Source: Candidatus Latescibacterota bacterium (GTDB lineage: Bacteria; Latescibacterota; UBA2968). From it: a stretch of 64,000 bases of DNA. The notes beneath the pieces are model-generated. The model saw only the letters and a list, made by a program, of their open reading frames with translations. It ran no database searches and was not told where the DNA came from. This document shows, piece after piece, positions 30,371-39,735 of the stretch. The first letter of the stretch is position 1; the number at the start of each line of letters is the position of its first letter. Both the position numbers and the translations under genes were made by a program. Where the stretch lies: positions 768,001 to 832,000 of the forward strand of contig OZ220741.1 of assembly GCA_965116885.1 (NCBI GenBank), given 5' to 3'.

Positions 30371-31759
30371 TTAATAAATCAGCCGGCCTTTGCGTAGCGC
30401 AGGCTCATTGTAGCGCTCCATCTGGGCAATCAGCTCAGCTTTAAACTTCTCGGCAATCTCTTTGTATTCGGGATCGGAATATACGTTGACCAGCTCATCC
30501 GGGTCCTTATGCAGATCGTACAACCAGGGATCATCAACCTGTGAGAGAACCAGTTTATAACGTCGGTTAACGGCCATAACGGTCTGCGATCCTGAAGTAG
30601 TCATATAGACAATGCGATCATCATCTACCACCTTTTCATCACCGAGAAACGCCGCAGCATCATTTAACCCATGGGCATCTGGAATCTCCTCCTCAATCCC
30701 CATAATACCCAGAATCGTCGGACCGAAATCAACCGTCGTATAGGCGGTATTCACAACTTTCCCCGGCGCGATCTTCTCCGGCCAGCGAATCACAAACGGA
30801 ATCTTTGCACTGCCCTCGTAGGGCATCCCCTTGTTGTGGCGTCTATGTTCGCCCATCAGGTCGCCGTGATCGGCAGTAAAAATTACGATCGTATTCTGAT
30901 CCAACCCCCCGGCTTCCAGATCTGCCAGAATGCGCCCCACATTATCGTCGATGCATTTGACCATCCCAAAATACCTCTGCATCTGCCTCTGATTCAGCTC
31001 ATGGGCCGTATTCCTGTCTCCAAACCGGTGCCATTTCGGCATTTTCTCCACAGGAAAATCCATCGTGCGCGGATTTTGAAAAACCATGTCTTTGTACATC
31101 GTATCGTAGGGCGCGCGAACCGTATTTGGCCCGTGCGGATCCGGGATAGAAACCATAATGCAAAAGGGTTGATTCTGATCGCGCTCGATAATTTCCAGGG
31201 TGCGGATAGTCAACCAATCAGTTGTAAACGATTTTTCGTCGGCATCATCTACTCTGCTGGCAGGTCCACCCCTGTTGTTCCTCGCCGCAACATAGGGCGT
31301 GCCATCATCTTTCAACCCAAGTTTCTTCCAGTGACCGCGGTTCCACATATACCGATTGTCTTCAAAACCGAATTTGTGCTCTGGCGCAAAACCGGGCTTG
31401 GCTTCTCCACCCAGATGCCACTTGCCGAGATATGAGGTGGCATAACCCTGATTCTTGAGCACCTCGGCAAACGTGATCAGCCCCTCTTTCAGGGGAATGT
31501 CGTTTTTATAAACATCGGTAGCAATCGGATAAAGACCGGAAACAAAAGAAGCACGCGAAGGCGAACAAACAGGCGACGACGAATAATAACTGTCGCAAAT
31601 AGCACCGTCCCGCGCGAGCGAATCAATATGCGGCGTATCTACTTTAACGCCTGGTCCCCAGACAAAAGCCTGATCCTCCGTCATCAAATCGCGATAACAA
31701 CCCAATGTGCGAAAATTGTGTTCATCGGTATGAATAATCAGCAGATTCGGTTTACTCAT
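30371..31759 (-). CDS. Sulfatase (Cys-type)
   Basis: PNLLIIHTDEH, CSPSRASFVSG, GKWHL, PDPHGP, ADHGD. Confidence 0.92.
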   Translation of the reverse strand: MSKPNLLIIHTDEHNFRTLGCYRDLMTEDQAFVWGPGVKVDTPHIDSLARDGAICDSYYSSSPVCSPSRASFVSGLYPIATDVYKNDIPLKEGLITFAEVLKNQGYATSYLGKWHLGGEAKPGFAPEHKFGFEDNRYMWNRGHWKKLGLKDDGTPYVAARNNRGGPASRVDDADEKSFTTDWLTIRTLEIIERDQNQPFCIMVSIPDPHGPNTVRAPYDTMYKDMVFQNPRTMDFPVEKMPKWHRFGDRNTAHELNQRQMQRYFGMVKCIDDNVGRILADLEAGGLDQNTIVIFTADHGDLMGEHRRHNKGMPYEGSAKIPFVIRWPEKIAPGKVVNTAYTTVDFGPTILGIMGIEEEIPDAHGLNDAAAFLGDEKVVDDDRIVYMTTSGSQTVMAVNRRYKLVLSQVDDPWLYDLHKDPDELVNVYSDPEYKEIAEKFKAELIAQMERYNEPALRKGRLIY

Positions 31760-31774
31760 TTGGTTCTCCCTTAC

Positions 31775-32491
31775 TCAAACTGGGCCAGCCGCCCATCTTA
31801 CAGCCTTTTCCACCAGATAACCCAGTGCGTCTGTCTTTTCGGGATGCGCGCTAAAACAAAATACACGGCCTTTTTCAAACTGCGTGCGAACAATGGCTGA
31901 AGTGCCTGGCATAACGCCTTCAGGCGCACCTTTTTTTGCGATCTCAGTGCGGTATAGAGCAAGACATTCGTAATCGGGGACGAGTGGATCATCCGATTCA
32001 CGGCGTCCCAGCAGCGGTCCCTGACCATAGAAAATCTGAAGATTTTTCTCCTTGATCCCAAACAACTTCTGGGCATCCGAAGACAGTTCAATCGTCACAA
32101 TGCCAGTGCCCCGCGCCCAGTGTTCTCGGTCTATCACCTTTGCATCTATCAAGTCGAGAGACCACAGGTAGTCATTGGTCGCAAGATAGGCTCCGGCACA
32201 GATCCCGATAAAACCGCCTCCCTCTTTTACAAATTCCCGCACTGCTTCTCTCCCCTTTGACTCCAGGGCACGCCCTTGCTTTCCACCGCTACCACCGGGT
32301 TGGATGAGAACATCCACCTCCGAGAGCTTACCCCCACGAATTGCCAGAGCGTCCATCCTGACGATCTCGAAATCCGGCTTTGCCTTTGCCTTGCCGAGCA
32401 CTTCGAGAAGTTCCGCGCAACTTGGACCAGCGCCTTCGCCCTCATACACAGCGATCCGAATCCGGGTATTTTTTATTTTCTTTTCACTCAT
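31775..32491 (-). CDS. BPL-N / class I glutamine amidotransferase-like domain protein
   Basis: DVLIQPGGSG, GGGFIGICAGAYLA (Cys elbow), FSAHPE. Confidence 0.75.
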   Translation of the reverse strand: MSEKKIKNTRIRIAVYEGEGAGPSCAELLEVLGKAKAKPDFEIVRMDALAIRGGKLSEVDVLIQPGGSGGKQGRALESKGREAVREFVKEGGGFIGICAGAYLATNDYLWSLDLIDAKVIDREHWARGTGIVTIELSSDAQKLFGIKEKNLQIFYGQGPLLGRRESDDPLVPDYECLALYRTEIAKKGAPEGVMPGTSAIVRTQFEKGRVFCFSAHPEKTDALGYLVEKAVRWAAGPV

Positions 32492-33323
32492 ATTGCACAA
32501 CCGGTGGTTTTGATGGCTCAATAGGCCGAATAATCTTTCGACGGGCGGGCGTCAATCTCGCCACCAACTCATCGGAATATTCATACCCCAAACGATCTCG
32601 GGTCCAAAAAGACGAATACCGATAAATCAATGCGCGGCGCTCTCCTTCGTTGGTCCTCACACTGGCACCGTGAATAAGTGCATCAGTAAACACAACGGCA
32701 TCTCCCGCCTTGAGATGCACCTCCTTGAGAAGGGGAGCCATATCACCGGGCTCGAGAACATAATCCTTCCTGCCCTGCCTTTTCTGATGCACCAGCGGAT
32801 TTGGAAGATTGGACTTATGGGACCCGGGAACGACCAGTGTCCCACCATCCCCGGGACCAATATCATTCAGCGCCAGGAGAATGTTCAAATTGCCACAGAA
32901 AAATTTATTGTCGTGATATTCAAAACTCGTGCGATACATCTTATTGTGACCGCCAGCATGCAACCTCACATGGCTCCCACGACGGATGATCGGAAGAAAA
33001 TTCATCCAGATGTGCAAACCGTGGTTATCCACGTACCGCTTGACAAACTCGATCCAGTTCGGATTATCGATCAACGCCTCAAAACACGAACCCCCTTCGA
33101 TAACATTTCTGAAACTCACACTGTGACTATTGGTATTTTCATTTTTCACAACATGAACATTGCCCAACCATTCCTCACCAGCGTCGCTCAAAACAAGCCA
33201 TTCATCAACCTTCTCATTGATCTCGGCAATAAGCTCTGGCTGCACGGCGTTTTCCAGAATGAGGAAGCCCTCAAGATCAAAACAATAGTCATCCCATTTA
33301 TCGGGCATAGGTGTCATAGTCAT
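32484..33323 (-). CDS. PhyH-family Fe(II)/2OG enzyme, HxG variant
   Basis: FDLEGFLIL, RLHAGG, LNDIGPGDGGTLVVPGSHKSN, ALIHGAS, ERR. Confidence 0.88.
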   Translation of the reverse strand: MTMTPMPDKWDDYCFDLEGFLILENAVQPELIAEINEKVDEWLVLSDAGEEWLGNVHVVKNENTNSHSVSFRNVIEGGSCFEALIDNPNWIEFVKRYVDNHGLHIWMNFLPIIRRGSHVRLHAGGHNKMYRTSFEYHDNKFFCGNLNILLALNDIGPGDGGTLVVPGSHKSNLPNPLVHQKRQGRKDYVLEPGDMAPLLKEVHLKAGDAVVFTDALIHGASVRTNEGERRALIYRYSSFWTRDRLGYEYSDELVARLTPARRKIIRPIEPSKPPVVQYE

Positions 33324-33336
33324 ATCCCCTAAAAAA

Positions 33337-34173
33337 TCATGCAGTCACAGATTGAACAGGCGGTCTTATCGGCACAACAGGCCGCACAATTTTTCTGCGT
33401 GCAGGCGTGAGCCTGGCGAGCAATTCTTCTGACGGCTCAAAACCAGTAGCATTTTTCATCCAAAACGCAGTGTATCGATAAATCAGTATCCTGCGCTCGC
33501 CATCATTAGTCCGCACACTGGCACCGTGTGTACACGCATCCGTAAAAATAACAGCATCTCCAGCATCGAGATGCATTTCCTTTAAATAGGGCCTCAATTT
33601 CGTCTCCTCAACCGCAGTCTTATGTCGCCCATTCTCCGCCTCAAAAACCAGAGGATTAACCACATTGCATTTATGTGATCCAGGCACAATCATAGTACCG
33701 CCATCCCCCGGACCAATATCGTTCAGCGCGAGTAAAACATTGAAATTGCCACAATAGAAATTATCGTTATGATATCGAAAACTGGTGCGATAACTCTTAT
33801 TATGCCCACCGGAATGCACAGGTACATAGCTACCTTTTCGACTGACAGACAGATGGTTCGCCCAGATGTACAACCCATCATTATCGACATAGCGCTTCAC
33901 GTACTCGAGCCAATTGGGATTATCGATCAACGCCTCAAAAGCTGGTCCACCCTCAATAATATTGGCAAACTTAATATCGGGACCCTTTACGGGTTCGGGA
34001 TCGCTACCGCGAACATGACCGATCCATTTGTGTCCGGCCTCGTGTAAAGCAACCCACTCATCAACCGTCTCATTAATCTCCGCAATCAACTCTGGGGAAA
34101 CGACATCCTTCAGAACGAGATATCCCTGAAGATCAAAACGGTAATCATCCCATTCAGTGGGTGAGGGTACCAT
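33337..34173 (-). CDS. PhyH-family Fe(II)/2OG enzyme, HxG variant; tandem paralogue of 32484-33323
   Basis: FDLQGYLVL, PVHSGG, LNDIGPGDGGTMIVPGSHK, ACTHGAS, ERR. Confidence 0.88.
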   Translation of the reverse strand: MVPSPTEWDDYRFDLQGYLVLKDVVSPELIAEINETVDEWVALHEAGHKWIGHVRGSDPEPVKGPDIKFANIIEGGPAFEALIDNPNWLEYVKRYVDNDGLYIWANHLSVSRKGSYVPVHSGGHNKSYRTSFRYHNDNFYCGNFNVLLALNDIGPGDGGTMIVPGSHKCNVVNPLVFEAENGRHKTAVEETKLRPYLKEMHLDAGDAVIFTDACTHGASVRTNDGERRILIYRYTAFWMKNATGFEPSEELLARLTPARRKIVRPVVPIRPPVQSVTA

Positions 34174-34301
34174 ATTTTTTCTCCTTATTTATCAACGCGA
34201 ATGCCCCCAGTGTGCCCAGAACCCAATCGAAACCACTGGGGGCAATTGTACTGCTGTCAAGATTCCCACGTTGCTTTAAATCGTACCATACAATTTCCCT
34301 G

Positions 34302-35384
34302 TTATTCACAGTACAACTTCGCCACGGCAATCGCATCCTCTTCCCAGCAGGTATAAAACAAATACAACTGACCATCTTCTTTGAAGGCATAAGAATCGTG
34401 CACCACATCGCCCTCCCAATCCTCCTCAGCGCGGACCATATCTTCGGGGGGATAACTCGTCTGCCACGTCCGCCAATCGCCTGCACTCAAATCCACAGTC
34501 GAACGCATAATATATTCCGGCTCCTCCCATTTTCGGCTGTAAAACACCTCCAGCGTCTCGCCGTCTTCCATCACCCGCACAGACCCGTGGCGCAGACCCA
34601 ACCCCCCATTGGGAAGATGATCACCCGCCAGCCCATCGGCGACGAGATCATCTTCAATAGGCGACGACTCAGCAGACACCCACAGAGGGTCGCTCGTATT
34701 CCAACCCTCTGGCGCATCCCACGGACATTCGGGATCAGCCGGCTCTAAAAAAAATCCGCGCTGTGCAAAACCGTACCAATCGCCGCGATAGGTAAACACC
34801 CGCAAATAATTTCGATCCGCAAATTTCAACCTTTTCAATCCATGGCCTTCTTCCCCACCTACCTCGGGACGGTTAAAATTCAACCCGGACTTCGACGTCG
34901 CCACAAATGAACGCTGGCCATCATTGCTCTTCCCGTGAACCACCATGATAAAATGCCGATTATCCTCATCCACAATCACCTCGGGAGACGACACATGCCC
35001 CGTCAACACAATGCCATCTACCACATCAATCGTCTCAGTCTCATTGCCCAGCCGCAAATCAAACACCCCGCGCCCCGGAAAACGCGGATCATCCAATCTC
35101 CCGGCATTAAAAATCGTCCAATCCGCCGAATCCACCCGATCTGACCACGCCATGTGAATACTCGTCCCGTGATGCGACGCAAAATAGAGATAATAATTCG
35201 CATCCGAATGTGCCCGATCTTCCGCAGACACCCAATCGGGAATCCGAACCACCGTGGGAAACATCGCATCGCCGCGCAACCTCGAGCGATTGGGATCTGC
35301 GCCAATTCTGAGCCGCCGCACATCATTTCCCTCGACAATCGGCCTGCCGTGCAATTTCTCGACCCGATAAGTTACTACACCCAT
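34302..35384 (-). CDS. Hypothetical protein, probable five-bladed beta-propeller glycosidase-like fold
   Basis: FPTVVRIPDW...YYLYFASHHG, HVSSPEVIVD, VHDSYAFKEDGQLYLFY blade-like motifs. Confidence 0.6.
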   Translation of the reverse strand: MGVVTYRVEKLHGRPIVEGNDVRRLRIGADPNRSRLRGDAMFPTVVRIPDWVSAEDRAHSDANYYLYFASHHGTSIHMAWSDRVDSADWTIFNAGRLDDPRFPGRGVFDLRLGNETETIDVVDGIVLTGHVSSPEVIVDEDNRHFIMVVHGKSNDGQRSFVATSKSGLNFNRPEVGGEEGHGLKRLKFADRNYLRVFTYRGDWYGFAQRGFFLEPADPECPWDAPEGWNTSDPLWVSAESSPIEDDLVADGLAGDHLPNGGLGLRHGSVRVMEDGETLEVFYSRKWEEPEYIMRSTVDLSAGDWRTWQTSYPPEDMVRAEEDWEGDVVHDSYAFKEDGQLYLFYTCWEEDAIAVAKLYCE

Positions 35385-35399
35385 ACATTCCTCCATAAT

Positions 35400-36356
35400 T
35401 CAACGGCGTTCATTCAGCGACGTCCAACCGCGTCCCGGGGTGTGAACCTTCTTTCTATCCCACTCCCTCCGCAACGCGGCAAATTCCCCGGGATCTCGCA
35501 TCTCGCGCTCGGGATTTTGCGTATCCTGAATCACGAAATACGCCTCACCCGGATGGCACGCCATCGTCACTGGCTCGCGTTCTGGCGTATAATCTTCGGG
35601 CACCTCGCCGATATTGCTCGGCACGCCAAAATCCTGATATCGCAAATCCATACTCCACCGCACAATATCCGTCTTGTTTTCAAACGAAGCATGCGGCGTC
35701 AAATTCGTCAAAAACAAAACCGACCCCGCCGACATCTCCACAGGTATCGCACCCTCGGGAACATTTTCAGGTGCAATTTCCAAAAAGCCCGCGTGCCCAC
35801 CCGTATAATGTCGAATAATCCCCTTATCCTGCACCTTTGGAATCACCCACAAACACCCATTATCCAGCGTCGCATCCACCAGCGGTACCCAACACGTCAC
35901 CATCAAATACTCGTAACAATGCGCCATTGAATAACCCGCATCCTGATGCCACGGCACCTCCCCGCGCGAATAGCCCGGCACCTTGGGACGTATGCGATAA
36001 ATCGACGTACCGACGATATTGGGACCAATAATATCCTCAATACACGCAATCAACGGCCGATGCCGCAACGCCTTCAAAATCCCCGGCCCGTGAAACCTGC
36101 CCGACCAGATCGACATCAACACCTTGTGGGCGGCCTCCGGATTGTACCGATTAAGCCTCGTCAGCCGCGTCTCAAACGGCTCCTCAGCAAAATCGCGGTC
36201 CAGCTCGCCTTCGGCAATCAACTCATCGCACTTCTCCTGAACCGCGCCCGTCAACCCATCCTTCAAAAGTTGCAAATCGTCCGAAGAATAAATGGATTCT
36301 TTAACCACATAACCAAGCTCTTTGAATTGTCTAACTTCCTCTGCTGTAAGCCCCAT
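35400..36356 (-). CDS. PhyH-family Fe(II)/2OG dioxygenase (HxD type)
   Basis: FKELGYVV, PWHQDAG, WVPLVDATLDNGCL, TPHAS, RWSMDLRY. Start ATG 36356 with AAGGA RBS. Confidence 0.88.
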   Translation of the reverse strand: MGLTAEEVRQFKELGYVVKESIYSSDDLQLLKDGLTGAVQEKCDELIAEGELDRDFAEEPFETRLTRLNRYNPEAAHKVLMSIWSGRFHGPGILKALRHRPLIACIEDIIGPNIVGTSIYRIRPKVPGYSRGEVPWHQDAGYSMAHCYEYLMVTCWVPLVDATLDNGCLWVIPKVQDKGIIRHYTGGHAGFLEIAPENVPEGAIPVEMSAGSVLFLTNLTPHASFENKTDIVRWSMDLRYQDFGVPSNIGEVPEDYTPEREPVTMACHPGEAYFVIQDTQNPEREMRDPGEFAALRREWDRKKVHTPGRGWTSLNERR

Positions 36357-36373
36357 AGATATTTCCTTTCCGA

Positions 36374-37144
36374 TCACATCACCACTGGTTGCCGCCCGCC
36401 AATCGACGGCGGCTCCATAATCCGTCGCTGCTGATCTGTCACATTGGGATAATCGTCTGGATTGTAATAATTCTGTGCCCACGCCGAATGTCCCGGACTG
36501 AATTTATACAGCAATGAACGGCGCTCGTGCTCGCCTTCCCAGGGCATTGTTCCGTGCACCAGAGCCTCTGTAAAAATGATCATATCCCCAGCCTCTGCTT
36601 CGGGCTGATGTACATAGTGCGCTGGCCGCTCAAAATTGCGCACATCGTTGGGAATATTGACAAAATTGCTCTTATGCGACCCGGGAACACAGGCAAAGCC
36701 GCCATCCCCTTTGCGCGCGGGCGCAAGATTATACGTAAACACCGTCAACCCATTGCGCATCACGCCATCATGGTATTTGTACCAATGATCGCCCGGCACA
36801 CCCGCCTGCAGTGATGGCCCACCGTGCAATCGCCCGCGTCTCGCGCCCTTCTTCATAAAAATAGAATAATCGTGATCCACGCGAAACGTCGGCCCCAACA
36901 ACTCAATCATATACGGCAACGCATTGGGATGATCGAACAACGCCTGCGTCTCTGGACCCCACATTGAAACGCGACTCGTGCGGCGGTGCCCATCTTTTTC
37001 GTCGTCAGGATCAGCCCATACCTCATCGGCCAACTTATTCAGCGCATCCACCTCATCTGCACTCAACACATCTTTAACAACCAAAAACCCCTGCAAATCA
37101 AATCGAAACTTCTCTTCCGGTGTCATAATGGCCTCCGTTTCCAT
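36374..37144 (-). CDS. PhyH-family Fe(II)/2OG enzyme, HxG variant
   Basis: FDLQGFLVV, RLHGGP, GDGGFACVPGSHKSN, ALVHGT, ERRSLLYK. Start could be ATG 37126. Confidence 0.88.
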   Translation of the reverse strand: METEAIMTPEEKFRFDLQGFLVVKDVLSADEVDALNKLADEVWADPDDEKDGHRRTSRVSMWGPETQALFDHPNALPYMIELLGPTFRVDHDYSIFMKKGARRGRLHGGPSLQAGVPGDHWYKYHDGVMRNGLTVFTYNLAPARKGDGGFACVPGSHKSNFVNIPNDVRNFERPAHYVHQPEAEAGDMIIFTEALVHGTMPWEGEHERRSLLYKFSPGHSAWAQNYYNPDDYPNVTDQQRRIMEPPSIGGRQPVVM

Positions 37145-37941
37145 TACAGATTATCAACCGCATAAACCGCTTTCTCTATCTGTTCCTCTCCGACGGTTTT
37201 GACCTTCGCATCAGAACCGAGCAACAGGGCAATATCGCAAATATTATTTATATCTCGCGGAACACCATTGGACGCTTGATAGAGCGCGTCGAGCGCGTCC
37301 TCGTCGAACAAGGATCGATCGGCTCCCGCTTTTTCCAGACGTGTTTGCACATAAGACAGGGTTTCTTCGCGCTTAAATGGTGCGAGGTGATATTGGCGTG
37401 CGACCTGTTGTCCCAATGGCTCAATGCCAGCGACCCGGTCCTTGAGACCTGTCTGTCCAATGAGGAGAAGAGTAAGAAAAAAACGCCCGTTGCGTTGAAA
37501 GCTGAACAGAGATTGCAACTCTTCAAATGTATTGTCGTCTGCTATTGCATCGGCATCATCGACAATGACAACCGTATATTTGCCCGCATTGGCACTTTTG
37601 ACAGTCTGAACCTCAAGTGCGCGTTGCAATTTTCCATTCGATTGGTCCTCAACACCCAATTGCCCGAGCATATCTCGAAGAAAGTCTTCCGGCGCAAGAC
37701 CGGGTCTATTCATAAGCGCGATTTTATACCTATCGGATGACAGTTCATGGATGAGCATGCGACTCACAACGGTTTTGCCACAGCCCGCATCGCCCGTGAG
37801 TACGGCAGCCCCCATGCGAGTATTAATCGCGTAAAACATTTGCAACAGTGCTCTCTGGTGATCTGCTGAAGAATAAAAAAAACGCGGATCCGGCACACTT
37901 TCAAACGGCAATTCTGTCAGATTCCAATATTCCTGGTACAC
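37144..37941 (-). CDS. ExeA/GspA-family AAA ATPase (no C-terminal PG-binding domain)
   Basis: MYQEYWNLTELPFESVPDPRFF, GDAGCGKT, VIVDDAD, LIGQ, GVPRDINNICD. Confidence 0.85.
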   Translation of the reverse strand: MYQEYWNLTELPFESVPDPRFFYSSADHQRALLQMFYAINTRMGAAVLTGDAGCGKTVVSRMLIHELSSDRYKIALMNRPGLAPEDFLRDMLGQLGVEDQSNGKLQRALEVQTVKSANAGKYTVVIVDDADAIADDNTFEELQSLFSFQRNGRFFLTLLLIGQTGLKDRVAGIEPLGQQVARQYHLAPFKREETLSYVQTRLEKAGADRSLFDEDALDALYQASNGVPRDINNICDIALLLGSDAKVKTVGEEQIEKAVYAVDNL

Positions 37942-38218
37942 GGTTTTAACCCTTTATTTTAAATCCGACCATGGTCTTTACAGCCCAATCGGAGTCGTGG
38001 TTTAACGCTGCCCATTGCACCTATTTTGTCGCAATCCAATATAGTTACCTCAAACGGTCTGTGTCAAGTAATCGACAAAGCGATTTAAGGGCTTTCCCAT
38101 GTTTTATACAACACGGAGACATTGGCACAAAATACTTTGACGGAACGTAACCAAACCCTATATTTTGCTGCACTGCGCTTGTGACATATCTGTTTTGACT
38201 CTCATTTTGGAGATCTGT

Positions 38219-39715
38219 ATGGCCTGGTGGCAATCCGTTTTGCTGGCCACTTACAGCCTGGTGTTTGCATTGCTGATGCTCGTAAGTCTGCATAGACACT
38301 TGATGGTACACCTCTATTACAAGCACCGTCGCAAACAACCCATTCCCCGCGGCACCTTTGATGAATTGCCCTTTGTGACAGTGCAATTGCCCGTATTTAA
38401 TGAACGCTATGTGGTCGAACGATTGATTCGCGCGGTCGCCAAAATGGATTATCCAACCGACCGCCTCGAAATTCAGGTTTTAGATGACTCAACCGATGAA
38501 ACAACCGCCATTGCCAGACAGTGCGTGGATGAACTTCGGCGTTCGGGACTGGATATCGCGCTGATACACCGCAACACGCGCACCGGGTATAAAGCCGGTG
38601 CTCTCGCAGAGGGATTGCGGGTTGCACGGGGTGAATTGATCGCAATTTTTGACGCCGATTTCCTGCCGCCACCAGACTTTTTGAACAAAACCATCCCGCA
38701 CTTCGTCGAACCGCAGGTCGGCATGGTTCAGACGCGCTGGGGACATCTGAATCGGGACTATTCCATTTTGACACGCGTACAGGCCATCTATCTCGACGGT
38801 CATTTTGTGATGGAACACGGTGCGCGAAGCCGCTCGGGCTTGTTCTTCAATTTTAACGGCACAGCGGGCGTCTGGCGCCGAGCCTGTATCGATGAAGCGG
38901 GCGGTTGGCAGCACGACACCCTGACCGAAGACCTCGATTTGAGCTACCGCGCGCAATTGGCGGGCTGGCGATTTGTCTATCTTGAGAATACCGTAACACC
39001 GGCAGAAATCCCCGTGGAAGTAAATGCCTGGAAGTCACAGCAATTTCGGTGGGCAAAAGGCTCGGTTCAGACCGCAAAAAAAACACTAAAGACCCTGTTG
39101 AAAAGTCATCTCTCCTGGCGCGTGAAGGGCGAAGCCGCTTTTCATCTGGTAACCAATTTCGCATATTGTTTGATGGCAATGATCGCCATTCTCATCTTTC
39201 CCGCAATTGTCCTGAGGGAAGACCTGGGATGGCTCCGGGTGGTAATAATCGATTTTCCCCTCTTTGTAGGCGCAACGGGCGTGATCTCCAGATACTATAT
39301 CCACTCGCAGCGGGAAATATATTCGGATTGGAAATCGCGCATCCTGTATTTGCCATTTGTACTCGCCCTGGGCATGGGAATTTCATTGAACAACGCGCGC
39401 GGAGTAATTCAGGCACTGCGAGGGCACGAGACTGCATTTAACCGCACCCCTAAGTATCGCGTTATCGGACGGAATGGAAGTTGGTATCGCAAAAATTACG
39501 CCCTGCGAAAAAACATGACGTCATTTTTGGAAATTGGACTCGGTTTTTATTTGCTGGCCGCTATGGCGTATTCGATTGCGAAAGGACTGTATTTCCCCGT
39601 ACCATTCCTGGTTTTGTTTGCCTCTGGATTTTTTTATGTAGGGTGCCTGTCTTTGTTCCAGGGTACCTGGGCAAAGATGCATTCGCAATCAATTGAAGTC
39701 GCGGAAGCAAACTAA
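38219..39715 (+). CDS. GT2 membrane glycosyltransferase (cellulose-synthase-like)
   Basis: VQLPVFNE, LDDSTD, GYKAGAL, IFDADF, TEDLDL, QQFRW. Start ATG 38219 with GGAG RBS. Confidence 0.9.
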   Translation: MAWWQSVLLATYSLVFALLMLVSLHRHLMVHLYYKHRRKQPIPRGTFDELPFVTVQLPVFNERYVVERLIRAVAKMDYPTDRLEIQVLDDSTDETTAIARQCVDELRRSGLDIALIHRNTRTGYKAGALAEGLRVARGELIAIFDADFLPPPDFLNKTIPHFVEPQVGMVQTRWGHLNRDYSILTRVQAIYLDGHFVMEHGARSRSGLFFNFNGTAGVWRRACIDEAGGWQHDTLTEDLDLSYRAQLAGWRFVYLENTVTPAEIPVEVNAWKSQQFRWAKGSVQTAKKTLKTLLKSHLSWRVKGEAAFHLVTNFAYCLMAMIAILIFPAIVLREDLGWLRVVIIDFPLFVGATGVISRYYIHSQREIYSDWKSRILYLPFVLALGMGISLNNARGVIQALRGHETAFNRTPKYRVIGRNGSWYRKNYALRKNMTSFLEIGLGFYLLAAMAYSIAKGLYFPVPFLVLFASGFFYVGCLSLFQGTWAKMHSQSIEVAEAN

Positions 39716-39735
39716 AACAAAGGTGGAATAGGCAC

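Noticed and set aside
38121..38137. TTGGCAC as a sigma54 promoter for the GT2 gene
   Set aside because: There is no GC at the -12 position (GG-N10-TT).
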